Positions 1 through 13,057 of a stretch of 64,000 bases of DNA are shown one piece after another. Below the pieces are notes generated by a model. That model ran no database searches. It saw nothing but the letters and a program-made list of their open reading frames with translations, and had not been told where the DNA came from. Source of the stretch: the human T2T-CHM13v2.0 reference genome, Homo sapiens. Location of the stretch: assembly GCF_009914755.1 (NCBI RefSeq), contig NC_060932.1. The stretch is one strand, 5' to 3'. How positions within the stretch are numbered: the stretch's first letter is position 1; every line of letters begins with the position of its first letter. The position numbers and the translations under genes were made by a program.

Positions 1-1049
1 TAAGTTTCTGCTTTCAAAATAGTCTACACAATATAAGATAATGACTCCAAGGAGCTAGCAGAGATTTCAAAACTCTATTATTTACATCACACTGTAATAA
101 CAGCTAAGCATGTCTCTAGAAAACGCCCTTGGTTTGAGACTAACTTACATAGGAGAGAGTCATATGAAGGATTTACATCCATTTTTATTTAAGTAAATGA
201 AGAGAGGGTTTTCACTAATATTTGGATTGTACTTCAAGTTACACCATAGATGTATCTGGTCATGGAAAAGTAGGAAAGCAAGCAATATGTATAAAATTGC
301 AATAAAAGACAGGTAGAACAGCATCAAGAATGGAACTGTTTTCAGAAACGTGACCTGGACATGGCTTTGCCCAACTCAGAACCTCATAGTCTAAGAGACT
401 AGAAACATCATCACAGACCTAGCTGTGCCCCTCTCTGAATCTTTACTTTCCTCTCTTAAAACAATAATAAATGTGGGGACATTTCTTCCTGTCTTGCTTT
501 CCCCTAAGAATCATTAACAAAATCCAGAGATATGGTGGATATAACATTATAAAGGATGGGAAAATGCTTGGTAAATTGTATATGGCTACATAAACATAAG
601 GAGTTATTATTATGTTGATTATCATTGGTGACAGCACGGACAAATGTGCTAATTATACCCATAAAATGAAGATGCAAATGCTTTACTCTGGACTTTTAAG
701 AGAGGCTTATTCTTCTCCTAAAAAGAGTGATTATAAGCACAAAATATTACTTTTTATTAGTACTGCAGTAACTGTTCCATGTAATATTAATAACAATAAT
801 AAAATGTAAGCCACTTCTACATTATTTTCAGGGAGAAAAGAACACAAGAGCTAAAAAGTTGTATGAGTAGGAACTTGTCCCTTTTAATGATATCTGTAAA
901 AATGCAATAGATGTTGCAATAAATCTCTGTCTCCCTCCAACATCCCCTATTTTGCATTTTCTCTCAATCATACTTGCCTACTTTTGTTTGGCATCATTTG
1001 TGACCTCGGTGGATATATTAATAAAAGTAGCCACAATAAGCCCTGTAGC

Positions 1050-1400
1050 TAATTTTCTGTATTATCCAACTGACACATTTCCCTCAAATTGTCCCAGACC
1101 TGTCCATTGGTATTTATTACTACATTTGGCTGGAACCCTTGGATATATTTTGATTGCATATGACAAGGTTCCCTTCAAGGGTCCTGTTTAGTTTGGTTTG
1201 CACATGCACCTACCGAAACTACTACCTAGAAAAACTACGAGAATTCCATATTTCTACACTGTTTGTCACAAGCTATGCTCCTGCAGCTGGGAGAAATTTG
1301 GTAAGAAAACATATCTGCCTTGTTTTCCGATGACCATTTCTGATGGTCATGTTGGATATTGTATTTTTTGGTTGGCCACAAACTGAGTGTCTAATGTGTG
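1050..1400 (-). mobile_element. Degraded L1ME-type 3' fragment
   Basis: Weak resemblance to antisense old L1 3' region (agaattccatatttctacac..., ttgttttccgatgaccatttctgatgg); boundaries vague. Confidence 0.35.
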
Positions 1401-1488
1401 TCTTGTAATATTCTAGGTGCCAAGGATGATACAGTTAAGAGGTATCTTTGGTTTTGTCCAAATAACTTCTAATTTAGTTGAATGATTA

Positions 1489-1974
1489 TATATTAAGAGT
1501 TTCCTGTTGTTGTAAAACATTACTATACAATTAGTGCTTTAAAGAAACACAGATTCCTTACCTTTCAGTTTTGGAGGTCAGTTGTTCAAAATGGGTCTTG
1601 CTGGGCTAAAATCAAGACGTCAGCAGGGCTGTGTTTCTTCTACAGCCTCCAGGGGAGAGTCTATTTCTCATCTTTTCCAGATTCTTGAGGTACATGATCC
1701 CTTTCTCTATCATCAAAGCCAGTGGTTTTGTATTTTCAAATCTCTCTCACTTTGATCCTCACTCTTTTGCCCCCTTCTTCCACTTCTAAAGACCCTGGTG
1801 ATTACACAGAACCCATCTAGATATTGCAAAATGATCTCATCTGAAGGCCAGCAGATTACCAATCATAATTAACATCTGCAACCTTAATTTCCTCTTCCTA
1901 TGTAACATGCCATATTCATAAATTCCTGAGATTAGGACACGGACCCCTTTGGGCCCATCATTCTGCCTATCGCA
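1489..1974 (-). mobile_element. MaLR LTR, MLT1D/MLT1C-like
   Basis: Diagnostic segments ttggaggtcag...gggctaaaatcaagacgtcagcagggctg and terminal catcattctgcctatcgca (reverse complement of the MLT1D start tgtggtaggcagaataatgg). Confidence 0.85.
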
Positions 1975-2214
1975 GTGAGGTTACTTACATTATAAAACAA
2001 CTAGTATGTATTAATAGAAATCGCACAGTGACATTCAATTATGTGTGATTCACACCATCTGTGTAAAGGGAAAGTCACCAACAAGATACAACACAGAAGG
2101 GAAAAATAAATCACAATACTTACAAAAGGATCAGAGTGTAGAAGTTGAAAAAAAAAAGGAGAACAGATTGGTTAACTTTCCTAGTGCTTCGCTTTTTGAA
2201 TCATACATTTATTA

Positions 2215-2615
2215 GCATGGCTTAGGAATTAGTAACATTGATTACTAAGATAAAATGGAAGCAGCATAAAAGTTTATTTCCCTCTGTCAAACCGCACATA
2301 TCTAATATTTACATTAGCAAGTGGCTTTCAGGAATTCAATCTGTTTCCATCATGTTTGTCTGACCTCCCCTAGAGACTTGCTCACTGCACCTGGCCAGTG
2401 AAAAGAAACCTTGGAGGACACACCCTTACTCTTAAAATCCTCACTCCAAAATAGCACATATCATTTCTGCTCAGAGTCCATTGAGTAGGTAATAGTTACT
2501 TGAGTACACAAATCTACAAGGAAGGATGTGGAATGAAGTGCAGCCAGGCCTCACCATTATCCTATGATGGAGAGAGAGAATGGATTCTGCTGGGATGTTA
2601 GCAGTCTCTGCCACA
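2215..2615 (-). mobile_element. MaLR LTR, old MLT1K/L-like
   Basis: cacatatcatttctgctcagagtccattg and terminal tagcagtctctgccaca, typical of old MLT1 LTRs in antisense. Confidence 0.65.
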
Positions 2616-2894
2616 GATCAGCAAACTTAAATACCGTGGTTCCACTTTCAGCTTTCTGACCCTCTCCGTTACTTTTAAGCTCGTTTCCCCTATTACGTTA
2701 TGTGTTTCCAATTGGAAGGCTCAACAAATGTGCGTTGTTGCTACTTTGGCACTTGTAAAGCCCGCTGACCTCAAATGGGGTCCTCAGACCTTGGCCCACA
2801 CCACCCTTATTATGATAGATACATAAGAGAAGACAGCAGGGGAATATTAAGGGAGTAATATTTGGAAAGGATCATGACATAAACCACAGTAGCA

Positions 2895-3415
2895 AATGAA
2901 AGAGCAAAGACACTGGAATCTGAACGACCTTTACTTTGTTACTTTCTTTTTTTTTTTTTTTTGAGACAGAGTTTCACTGTTGGTGTCCAGGCTGGAGTGC
3001 AGTGGCACAATCTCGGCTCGCTGGAACCTCTGCCTCCGAGTTAAGTGATTCTCCTCCCCCAGCCTCCCAAGTAGCCTGCCACCACACCTGGCTAATTTTT
3101 GTATTAGTAGAGACGGGGTTTCGCCATGTTGGCCAGGCTGGTCTGAGCTCCTGACCTCAGGTGATCCGCCCACCTCGGCCTCCCAAAGTACTGGGATTAC
3201 AGGCGTGAGCCACCATGTCCGGTCTACTTTGTTACTTTCTAAAACAAAGAAAGAAAATTAAAGAAATTTGTTATCTGTTTTTGTCTTCACCTGTAAATTA
3301 AGCATGATCAAACCTATCTCAAGAGGTATACTGGATGGATTATTATATGGTATATACAAATGTCTAGTGCTTTGCATAGCAAATGATAAGTCCTAAATAA
3401 AAGATGCTATTAGCA
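2895..3415 (+). mobile_element. MIR interrupted by an Alu
   Basis: MIR 5' part (gacactggaatctgaacgacct) lies before the Alu; core (tcttcacctgtaaattaagcatgatcaaacctatctc) and 3' end (taaataaaagatgctatta) follow it. Confidence 0.6.
2948..3224 (-). mobile_element. AluSq/Sp-like SINE with 16 bp TSD
   Basis: Poly-T then dimeric Alu; perfect TSD tactttgttactttct at 2932-2947 and 3225-3240; ~14 nt internal deletion after gtagc. Confidence 0.97.
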
Positions 3416-4174
3416 TCATCAATATTTTTATTGTTTTGTTAAAATGGTAATTCATTCTTTACAGTCTTCTTTTTAAAGGCAAGAAAATTAAATTTGAAAG
3501 ATTAATTAGATCTAGCTAAATATTTTTTTCTCTTGAGTTAAATTGTAAGTTTTATCTGTGACTTTGCTGCTTATATTTCTTAATGGATTTTTTGTCACTT
3601 GGACTATGAGAAAACAAATCAATGCTGCATTAATAATTAAGCAGAGAATATTACTTTCACAACCATCTTCTCGGCAAAATGAAAGATTGAGAAATAGCTC
3701 CTAACATGATCCGTTAAGCAATGGACATGAAAACATGCATTTCTAAATCTATATACCAGGGTTTATAAATAAACCTCTTGCTAATGTGATCCCCAAGTGT
3801 AAATTATATCAATATTATACTGTTTCATTACTTCAGAGACAAAATAAAATCACCTCTCTAAAAGAATCTTGAATGATGCTGAATTTAATTTTCAGCGCCT
3901 GGGATCACAGACACTAAGGTTTGGGCAAGACTGAATCTATACTTTCACAAACTATCATCTGGTATAAGAGTAATTGTTACATGCTCATCAAGTGGGTATC
4001 TAGCCTCTCCTTTACTAATGATAGGGAGTTTTCTATTTCACAAGAAAGTGTTTTTATCTATGGAAAGGTGTGAATGTTAGTAACCTATCAATTAATTGGT
4101 TAATTAAAATTAATTGATTCAAAATGAATGGTGTTGGTTACAAACGTACAGATAGTAATTGTCTTCCAATTCTA

Positions 4175-4300
4175 AATAGCTTCTATAAGTCAGGCACTGT
4201 ATGCCAACTCATTTAATCTTTAAGAATTGTATAATTAGATTTTATTATTAGCTCCATTTTAATATGAGAATATTGATGTTTAGAAAAATAAAGTAATTGG
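4175..4300 (-). mobile_element. MIR fragment
   Basis: caggcactgt...ctcatttaatc...tccattttaatatgagaatattgatg matches the antisense MIR core. Confidence 0.65.
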
Positions 4301-4894
4301 AGAATGGGATAGAACCTTCACCATTGTGTTATGCTAACTTCTAAAATAAGTGGTAGTCAGAGTTCTTGAGAATCATAGAGTCAAGAATAAGACATTAAAC
4401 AGTTGAATTGACATGGAAGTTAGAAAGGGCTAAAACTGACATGTATCTACCTGTGATGGGAACACAGGAGAACATCCTATTAACATTTATTTTTATTTAT
4501 TTTTCTCAAATCTATCTCCTTATAAAAATCAAGATTAAATACTAAAATTAATTATTTGGGGCTAGCTAAAAAATATATAAATTCTTTAAGGGCACACCTA
4601 TATTTCCCTGGACTTTGTATTTTAGATGCTAACAATGATGCTTCAAATTGGTACTCAAGCAGTTAGAAACTACACAATTATAAGGATTCTTCTCACCAGC
4701 TCCCTTTCACCTATGTCAGGCCAAGTTCCAAGTACCGTTCACTAAGATTCATTTCTTCAATCTTAGTTTCTTCATTAATTTCCTTCTCACATGCTGATGT
4801 AAATAAAAAAATTCCAGAAAGTCAAGTGGTCAAACAGAAGCTGTGATGATACCAATTAGCAAAGGAAAGTTGCCTGGATACTCTCAGAGACATA

Positions 4895-5135
4895 ACAGCC
4901 TTGTGCTTAAGGATTTGGATTCTGGAGTTAAACTAGCTTTGGAATCATCACTTTCTGCCTTTGTAACCTTGAGAGAAGAATTTAGCCCCATTAATCTTCA
5001 TTCATTTTCTCATTGGTGAAGTGAGCCTCATAATATCTTCCTCAAATGTTTTATGAGGATTACATACAATAATCTATCTGAAGTGTTTAACGTAGTGCCT
5101 AGCACACATCATTATTAAATAAAAGTTGACTATTT
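4895..5135 (+). mobile_element. MIR, near full length
   Basis: tctggagtta...tgtaaccttgag...ttttctcattggtgaagtga...tgaggattacatacaataat...tagtgcctagcaca. Confidence 0.8.
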
Positions 5136-7269
5136 GTGCTTGTTTGTGTAACTTTGATTACTGTTCCAGAAATGCAAAGTGAAAGGTATACCATACCTTT
5201 CCCCCAGCCAGTTCTATATTGCCTGTTGGAGTAACAAGAAATCACTCACAATTTGACTGATTATGGATGATTTTCCATCAATGATCCCATTTAATCCACT
5301 ACTAACATAGGACATAGGCCCTAATATTACCATTTTGAGGGTGAAAATTGAGATTGAGGAAAATGAGAAAGCTTTCTTGGGATTTTCTTGTGATGTTTCC
5401 AAAGGCTAATGAAAGCACTGAATTATATTAATGACATCTTCTTGAACTACAAAACTTTCTTTATTTTGTAGGCTTAAAAATTTTAAACAATAAGTTTTAC
5501 TATCACTAATTTACTAAGATTGATTTTTATTAATTATTACTTCAAAATATTTGCTTCATTTAATAAGATAAAGTCAGCCCCATTGCATTTCAATATTAGC
5601 TATAATTAATGATGATATTATGAAAATTAATGCTTTTCCATTATCCATTATGACATCATCAGTGCTAATGATCTGTTTATTGCTTCTCTACAATGACAGG
5701 TAGAAGAGGCTGATTTTGGAGAGCAGAGAAAAAGCTTAAAATATTTTCCAATCAGTAAAACCCTTTGCATTTAGAGGATATTTGATTTTGTAATCCACCA
5801 GTAAACCTATTCTGAAAAATAACCAGTATTCCAAAAGCCTAAGGTGTATTCAGGCAACTAACATGAAATAATTGATGCCATGAAGTAATATTGTCTAAGC
5901 ATATATTTTCAAACTTTCCACTGTGACACTAGTTCTAACATTTAAGAGCCCGTTTTGAGTAACTTGAAATGGGAAATTGGAGAAGAAAAAAAAAGAGAAA
6001 ATTAGTTTTGTATATATTGATTATTTAATATCCACTCAGCCCACAAAAAGTAAAATGCAACACCTTCATTTAATAGACCTGGAAACCAGGACTCCAAACA
6101 TCAACCTTATGTAGCTAACAAGAGAAGGAGCCTGGACCTCTTAAATGTAATCACAGCTGGAATGTTAATAATGCATGCCTTGTCAGCTATAACCTAATAG
6201 GAACATTACCTGATATCGGTGGGAAACAAATACTGCCCACTTTTTTTGTGGCTTTGGCCAGAGAATTGGAAGATTTTTGCTTATATAGGTATTGATTTGA
6301 AAATATTTTATGTAAATAATTGATGGATAAGACAATGACTGCTTTGCCAGCAAACTAGATGGAATCAGAATGTTAGATGTGGGGACTGTCTCATGAACTC
6401 TCCACAAGCAGAAAACTCAAAACATGAATATTTCAGGGGCATACAGAGTATGTTCCGAGTCTGTAGTAACACTCAGATGTCCTGACTTCTCAGGTCAACC
6501 CTCATCTTTCCACCAACTCTCATGGGCACAAAAATAAGTGCTCATTGGGAAATTAATAAAACAAAATGATTGTGTAAGGGAAAGATTTTGTCTTTCTCAG
6601 ATAAAGGGAAAAAAATAGAAGGGTAATAACTTTTTTCTTTCTTGCAGGAAGATTATAGCCTTTGTCTGTTTCACTGCATGGAGTCCAGGTTGATGTGTCT
6701 CATCTGACTGACTATGTCTGTATCCCCTCCCCACTCACTACTCCTAGTTAGTTATTCTCAAGGGTAAAGTCTCAATCCATTATGGCTTCTCAGAGAAAGA
6801 AAATCTGCTCTTCAGTCACAGATATTGTTTCATGGTTCTCCTATTATAATGTGCAGACACACACCACCAAGATCTCTTTGCTGGAAAGCATAAGCTACTA
6901 AAATATCCAAGCCTTCAACCCCACTCTAAAAATTCCCCATGAGGGGAATAAAGTCCTTTGTTTATTCTGGGATATTCCTTACCAACCATTGGTACAATAA
7001 TCTGAAATGTCTACAGCCTCAAATTTTCAAGATAAAATTTTCCATTTCCCAAAAGACCCCATGCATAACAAGTATAATAGGACTAAATAAAGACATTGCT
7101 TTAGCTGGCTTTTGCTGACTATAACCCAGGGGTCTGACCCATGGATTAGATTTAAAGTGACACAGTTCCAGTTAACTAGCGAATCATGGAGAAGGTTTTG
7201 AGAATGAAAATATTTCAAGTAATAATTCCCTCCTCCATCCAAATACTCAGGAATTAATAAATAAATAAG

Positions 7270-7405
7270 AATCTCAGATAAAGAGTCTTAGAAGTACAGA
7301 TTTCTAGGCATTCACCCAAGACATGTTAAAATATAATCTTAAGAATATTTTTATTTTTTATTAATTCCATAGATGATATAAAGTGTAACTAGTGCTGAGA
7401 ATCAT
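7270..7405. mobile_element. MER5-type hAT-Charlie fragment
   Basis: tacagatttctaggcattcacccaagac ... agatgat...tgagaatca resembles MER5A. Confidence 0.5.
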
Positions 7406-7679
7406 AGGTTTATGGGCATGCAACCCTGAACTGTGCAATTTCTTCTGATTTCAAAAGCCAGATGGAATACAACCTAGTTAATAAGCATCAGGATTTGGGG
7501 AAAGACAAGGGGGATGATAGGTCAGCTTCTTTAGCTTTCAAGAAATCCTTTTTATTTTAAATAATAAGGAAAATCTTAGCCAGATGACCCATTTAAGTCA
7601 ACATAGACTGTGCACATTTGATGAGTCAGCAAAATCCAAACCATAACCAAAAATAATGACAAAGACATGCAATTGTCAT

Positions 7680-7800
7680 GCAGCATTTTATATTGCACAA
7701 ACATTTTTATGAGCTTTGTTTTGAAACATCATCTTAACAATGATTCTGAAGGTAGGCACTATTATACTCCTTTAAATGCAAGCAAAATTAATCTCACATT
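7680..7800 (-). mobile_element. MIR fragment
   Basis: atcttaacaatgattctgaaggtaggcactattatactcctttaaatg. Confidence 0.5.
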
Positions 7801-7963
7801 GTTGCATTATTCAAAATTATTTGGAAACAAGTGACGTAATTGCAACTCAACTTCATAGCAGCAAAAAGAGAAATGTAGTGATGTAGTGGCCCCAAGAATT
7901 TATGCTCTGCATAGGTAGAAGTTGAGTGGTAACATGCATCCTTGTGCTGGGATTATAGGGCAT

Positions 7964-8020
7964 TTTCTCTCTTCCTCTTCTTCCTTCCCCTCTTTCTTCT
8001 CCTCCTCTCTTTCTCCCTCT
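7964..8020 (+). repeat. Polypyrimidine (CT-rich) low-complexity tract
   Basis: Continuous C/T run of about 55 nt. Confidence 0.8.
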
Positions 8021-8682
8021 GACTATCCTGGGTCCATGGATAGAAGTGAGATATAATATTTTCAATGAAAAAACTCCAGAATCCAAAAGAGTGAAAGTGT
8101 AGTATAACAGCCTTCCAGTGTTTAGAGGCAAGACACACAGATCACCGGAGAAGCAAATATAACAAATATGCATTAAATTTTCAAAAAGTTTATGTGTGCC
8201 AGAGTCCAGATTCCCACTTAAGCATATCTGATACCCAACATTGCTATACTGAACACTTCAATACCCTTCCAATGTCAACCATACTAATTTTTATTTTTAG
8301 GTCTAACAAAGAAAATAAGACCCTAAACAAGGTTAGTCTGTGGACATTTTCTGGGGCCCAAAATGAACTTTTACTCAAAGTGATCCAGGGTGCTATAGTT
8401 CAATGTGATTTAGGCTGGCAAGTTATAGTTGGTTCTAGATAGAATTGGAATTAAAACAGAGTAGAATCAAGTAAAGAATAAAGTAAGATGTCATGAGAAA
8501 CTTGATTTAATAGAGGACACTGGATGTGAGAGGCAGAAAGTAATAAAGAGAAAAGGCTACATAGAGACCAGAGGGCCAAATCCAAAATCTCAGGGTCTTG
8601 GTGGCACCTTCTTATTTTGTCTGTGAACAGAGCTGATGGAGCCCTGTTAGAGAGCCTTCTAGTACTAACTTTGTCTTAGCAT

Positions 8683-9144
8683 TGTAGCAGGACAAGCCAC
8701 AGACAAAACCCCTCAGACACCGAGTTAAAGAAAGAACAGGTTTATTCAACTGGGAGCATCGGCAAGACTCCTGTCTTAAGAGCCGAGCTCCCCAAGTGAG
8801 CAATTCCTGTCCCTTTTAAGGGCTCACAACTCTAAGGGGGTCCGCTTAAGAGGGTCGTGATTGATTGAGCAAGCAGGAGGTACGTGACTGGGGGCTGCAT
8901 GCACCAGTAATTAGATCGGAACAAAACAGGACAGGGATTTTCACAGTTCTTTTCTATACAATGTCTGTAATCTATAGATAACATAACCCATTAGGTCAGG
9001 GGTTGATCTTTAACTACCAGGCCCAGGGTGTGGCGCCTGGCTGTCTGCTTGTGGATTTCATTTCTGCCTTTTAGTTTTTACTTCTTCTTTCTTTGGAGGC
9101 AGAAATTGGGCATAAGACAATATGAGGGTTGGTCTCCTCCCTTA
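8683..9144 (-). mobile_element. Solo LTR2 (ERV1, HERV-E/Harlequin LTR), full length
   Basis: Minus strand begins TAAGGGAGGAGACC and ends TCCTGCTACA as in the LTR2 consensus; 462 bp; 4 bp TSD GCAT at 8679-8682 and 9145-9148. Confidence 0.93.
8741..8822 (-). promoter_or_regulatory. LTR2 core promoter (TTAAAA box) and AATAAA signal
   Basis: Minus-strand CCCTTAAAAGGG at 8811-8822 and AATAAA at 8741-8746 in the expected U3/R order; activity not demonstrable from sequence. Confidence 0.55.
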
Positions 9145-10779
9145 GCATGTCCTAGTTTCCTAAGCCAAGTTAAAAATGGTAGACATGCGTTATCATTATT
9201 TTAAACAAATGAATTCACATAATCCCTTGCTTTTATGAATTTCTCATAAATTTAACAAGATGCATGATTTAACAAATATTATCAAACGTATGGTGTATGG
9301 GTGAATTCTGTTGAAAGAAATACAGGATTGAGGCAGAGGCATCCATGCTCATTACTCACAGTTGGGAAAATTAAGATCAGAGGCTTCTTCCTTTCTTTGG
9401 TTCATTGAAAAACTAAGCTTTATTCTTGCAACTTCTGAGAAGATTTCCAAGCTTTTTCTTTTGTTTCATATGTTTCTTAAAACACAATTCGCCAGGGTAC
9501 TGTTGGGACTTAGGCTGTCTTCCACTATATATTCCAGGGCTGTTCTAAGTTGAAAGATTTCTTCTGGGTGGGCATGTGGGATGGACCTCAAGTAATGCTT
9601 CAACATTCCTTTAATACACTGCTCATGCCACTGCCAGGTATGTACTGCTGCATGATTGCTGTTTCTGATGCTGCATGATATCTATCGGTTGTTTTCCATC
9701 CATCTCAGAAATAATGCAATTAATAGTGATGACTTTGCCTTGTCTGTCTAGTGTATATCAGACACTCAAGAAATATTCTGATTAAATAAAGAGATATCTT
9801 CCAGTCTGGAAATAAATAAATGGCTTATCTGTGGAATTGTGAGCCCTGGCAGAGTTCACATTGAGTTTTACTCTGCGCTCAATGAAGTGCTGAGTCAGGA
9901 AGAAAACATGAAGAAAGACAGACAGAAAGATAAGAAACAGACAGACCAGGAAACAGAAGGCACATGCAGGGAGGCGGTGGGCATGGATTTTTAAGGAAAT
10001 ATTTAAAAGAAAGGATGCTGTAAGAGGTGTGGGCCTGATAAAGGGAATTAGCAGTTGACAATGAGGTGCTAACTGGAGAGGAAGCCATTACTTCTCTTAA
10101 GCCTAACAGATCAGTGGGGGCAGAGACGGGGTGATGTTACTGGATGGGAGCTGGTGCACTGAAAATGAGGTGCCCAAAAGACTCTGTAGACGTTGGATCA
10201 GCCACAGACAGAAATACACCAAAGCTAGGAAGTGGTAGAAAAAATACATACCTTGAGCATTCGCCTTCCACCATCCGATCCTCAGTGAAATCCCCGGTTA
10301 GAAGTGCCTATTTGAAGAACCATTCTGGACATCACCTGGGAAAAAAGCCCAGATGATGTAGTATTGAAGACTCCACAGGCAGAGAAAGCAGAAGAAGAAC
10401 TAGGGATGAAGAGATAAGTGGGAATAACCAGTATGCACGTATCCTTCCAGGACATTGGGAAAGGGATGGGTGGGAAGCAAGTTATTTTGCGCCTGAGTTT
10501 AGCCAGCAGGTCACAGTTGGCCTCAAAGTTTCTATAAGTGGACTGTAGCTTGGCTATGAAGAAGCATTCTACTTAAAATACTTCAAATTTTAAAGGAAAT
10601 ACTGCAAGAATTTTTTTGCACTCAAGTTAAAGATCAGATCCAGCAACGAAGTCATCCCAGTTATTTACTGGATTTCTCTCTTGTCAGTTTGCATTCTTCA
10701 TCATTGATAAGATATGGCCATGAATCAATTTTCAATACTATTTTAAATCCTTTTTGGAAATTAGATTAGTATATGATTA

Positions 10780-11990
10780 TTCAGTACTAACGTTTTAACC
10801 AAAATGTATTGAATACTGACTGTATGCCAGGTTCTGTTTTTATTTTTCTGGGATATATCATTAAATACATTAGATGAAACAGCTGTCTTTCAGGGTGCAT
10901 ATATTAGTGGCTAAGGACAGACACTAAATAAATAGTGTTTTTTGATGCCCAGTGTCTCAGTGAATGGTTATTTGCTATGGAGAAAAGCAGATGAGAAAAG
11001 GAGGTAGGAACAATTGCAGGAAGGTGTCTAAATTACCCTAGGGTAGCTAGGGAAAGACCCACTGAGAAGGTGCCTTTTGAGCTCAAAACTGATGGAGGTG
11101 AGGAAGTGACCCATGTACATCTGGAGGAAGATGTACATTCCTATTAGATGTACATTAGCTGTATATTTCTATTCCTCCTGGCAGGAGGAATAGAAAGTGA
11201 AAAAAAATTCCTGCAGTGAAACATTCCTGGAAATTTTATGAAAAACTTAAAAGAGGCCAGCGCAGCTGGAGCAATGTACAATGAGGCAAAGATGGAGGAG
11301 ACAAAGCAAAGAATGTAAGAAAGATATTTAGGGTCTTGGTGATGCTGATGCAGACCAGAAGCCTTTGGTGGGCTTGAGCAGCAGAGTTCCATGATGCCTC
11401 TTCTTCTTTTTAATCACTCTCATTCTGAATTTCAGAATAGATTTTGTGTCCTGTTGTCAATGACCTTGTGCAGAAGTGAAAATTGATGATGCCGAAAGAA
11501 AGAGAGAAGAGTTGGAGGGGCAGCACCCTTCACCCGGTAGCAGGAACATGATTCAGGCATCAACAGAAGCTCCAGACAGGAGCTCAGAGGTCCTTCCTGA
11601 GCCATAGTACGAAAGGTAGCATGAGGGTCCCAGAAGCCTGTGGTTGTAAAATGAAGTGGTGGGATTTCATGGAGCTTCTCCTCTTACTGCTTCTATTTTC
11701 TCAGGAGAGGAAGGCTCTCTGCTGAGAGTAAAGATGGTAGAAGGGGCTTTGGGGATGGCAAGAGAGGTCAAGTTATTAAATTACTCTCTATGACAGAGAG
11801 CAAGCACCAGGAAAATGCTGAACTAGTAACAAGGAGAACAAGAGGATTCCTTGATGGCAATGAGTTGAAAGTTTGTCTAGTTTTCTTCAGTTTCATTAAG
11901 TTGTGAACATACAAGGGTAACCAAGAAACAGTGTTGGGTTCAATTACTTTGAGAATTTGCCAGGCAAATTGAGGGAGAAAGAAGTGACTC
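10780..11990 (-). mobile_element. L2 LINE fragments (3' end plus more internal segment)
   Basis: aaatgtattgaatactgactgtatgccaggttctg (L2 3' end antisense), agggaaagacccactgagaaggtgccttttgagc, actgcttctattttctcagg. Confidence 0.8.
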
Positions 11991-13036
11991 TGGCTTTCTT
12001 TGACCACTCCCTGTGGATGTTAGATCAAAATTTCCAGTGCTGTAGGCATGAAGGGTTAATTTCTGGAATGAGAAATTCACCAGACTGGAGCTTTAGTGGG
12101 GCTCTGCAATACCCACAAGTCATCTTTTCACTTTGAGTTCAGACCACATGCTTCATTCTCTTTATAAGGCTTAAACACCGTAGGAATTCAACTTAGACTT
12201 TCTTTAATTTCTCGTGGTTCCATTAAAATTTTTGCAAAAAAAAAATAAGCTTTGACATTCCTACTTCCTGCATGGGTAAGTTTGCATTTTTTATTGATGG
12301 TTCATCCATCTCTAATTTTGTTAGATGGAGATTGCATAGGCGTTGTAAGGAAAATGAAGCAGAGAATTCCTGTCATGTAATTATATTTTAAAAGCCAAGT
12401 AATAGTGGCTACTTTTGTTAGCATTAGCAATTATTGGACCTTTTAACTTCAGCTGTGATAAAGAAATCCCTTGTAATGAGCTTGCAGTGGTAGTTTTACA
12501 TACCTGTCATATTAACGTGAATAATAGAATTAATGTCAAGGGGAATTGATGCAGGCATTATTTATTTAAAAATACACAGGAGAAAGGAAAACATAATTTG
12601 GTAGGTAATCACATAAATGCCAGCTGAGGCTCTTAGTTCAATACTCTGGATTCTTAGTACTCCAAATAAATTTTTTGATTGATTGAAAATACATTTCTTA
12701 AAGATAAGAGTCATGTCTTATGCTCAGAATCACAAAATTTTCAAGTTGAAAAGGAGCCTAGAAATTATCTCAGCAGCCACAAATACTGAAGCCTTGGGGG
12801 TTAAGCAGATATCACAAATGAGTGAAAACTACAGACAGGGGGTATGGCAAGTTAGGAAACACAAACCAGATCAAAAGAAGACAACAGCTACTCACATCCA
12901 TGCTAAGATTTTCTGTGAAGGCAGGCAGATCCTCTCACTTCTCAGGACAGCTTTTAAAAATAACTTTTATCAGTGTGCTCTAAATAGTTTACTGTGGCAA
13001 TATTTGATATTTGAATGCTAACACAAACAAACTTTG

Positions 13037-13057
13037 ACACACACACACACACACACA
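13037..13057 (+). repeat. (CA)n microsatellite, about 10 units
   Basis: Directly visible. Confidence 0.95.
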
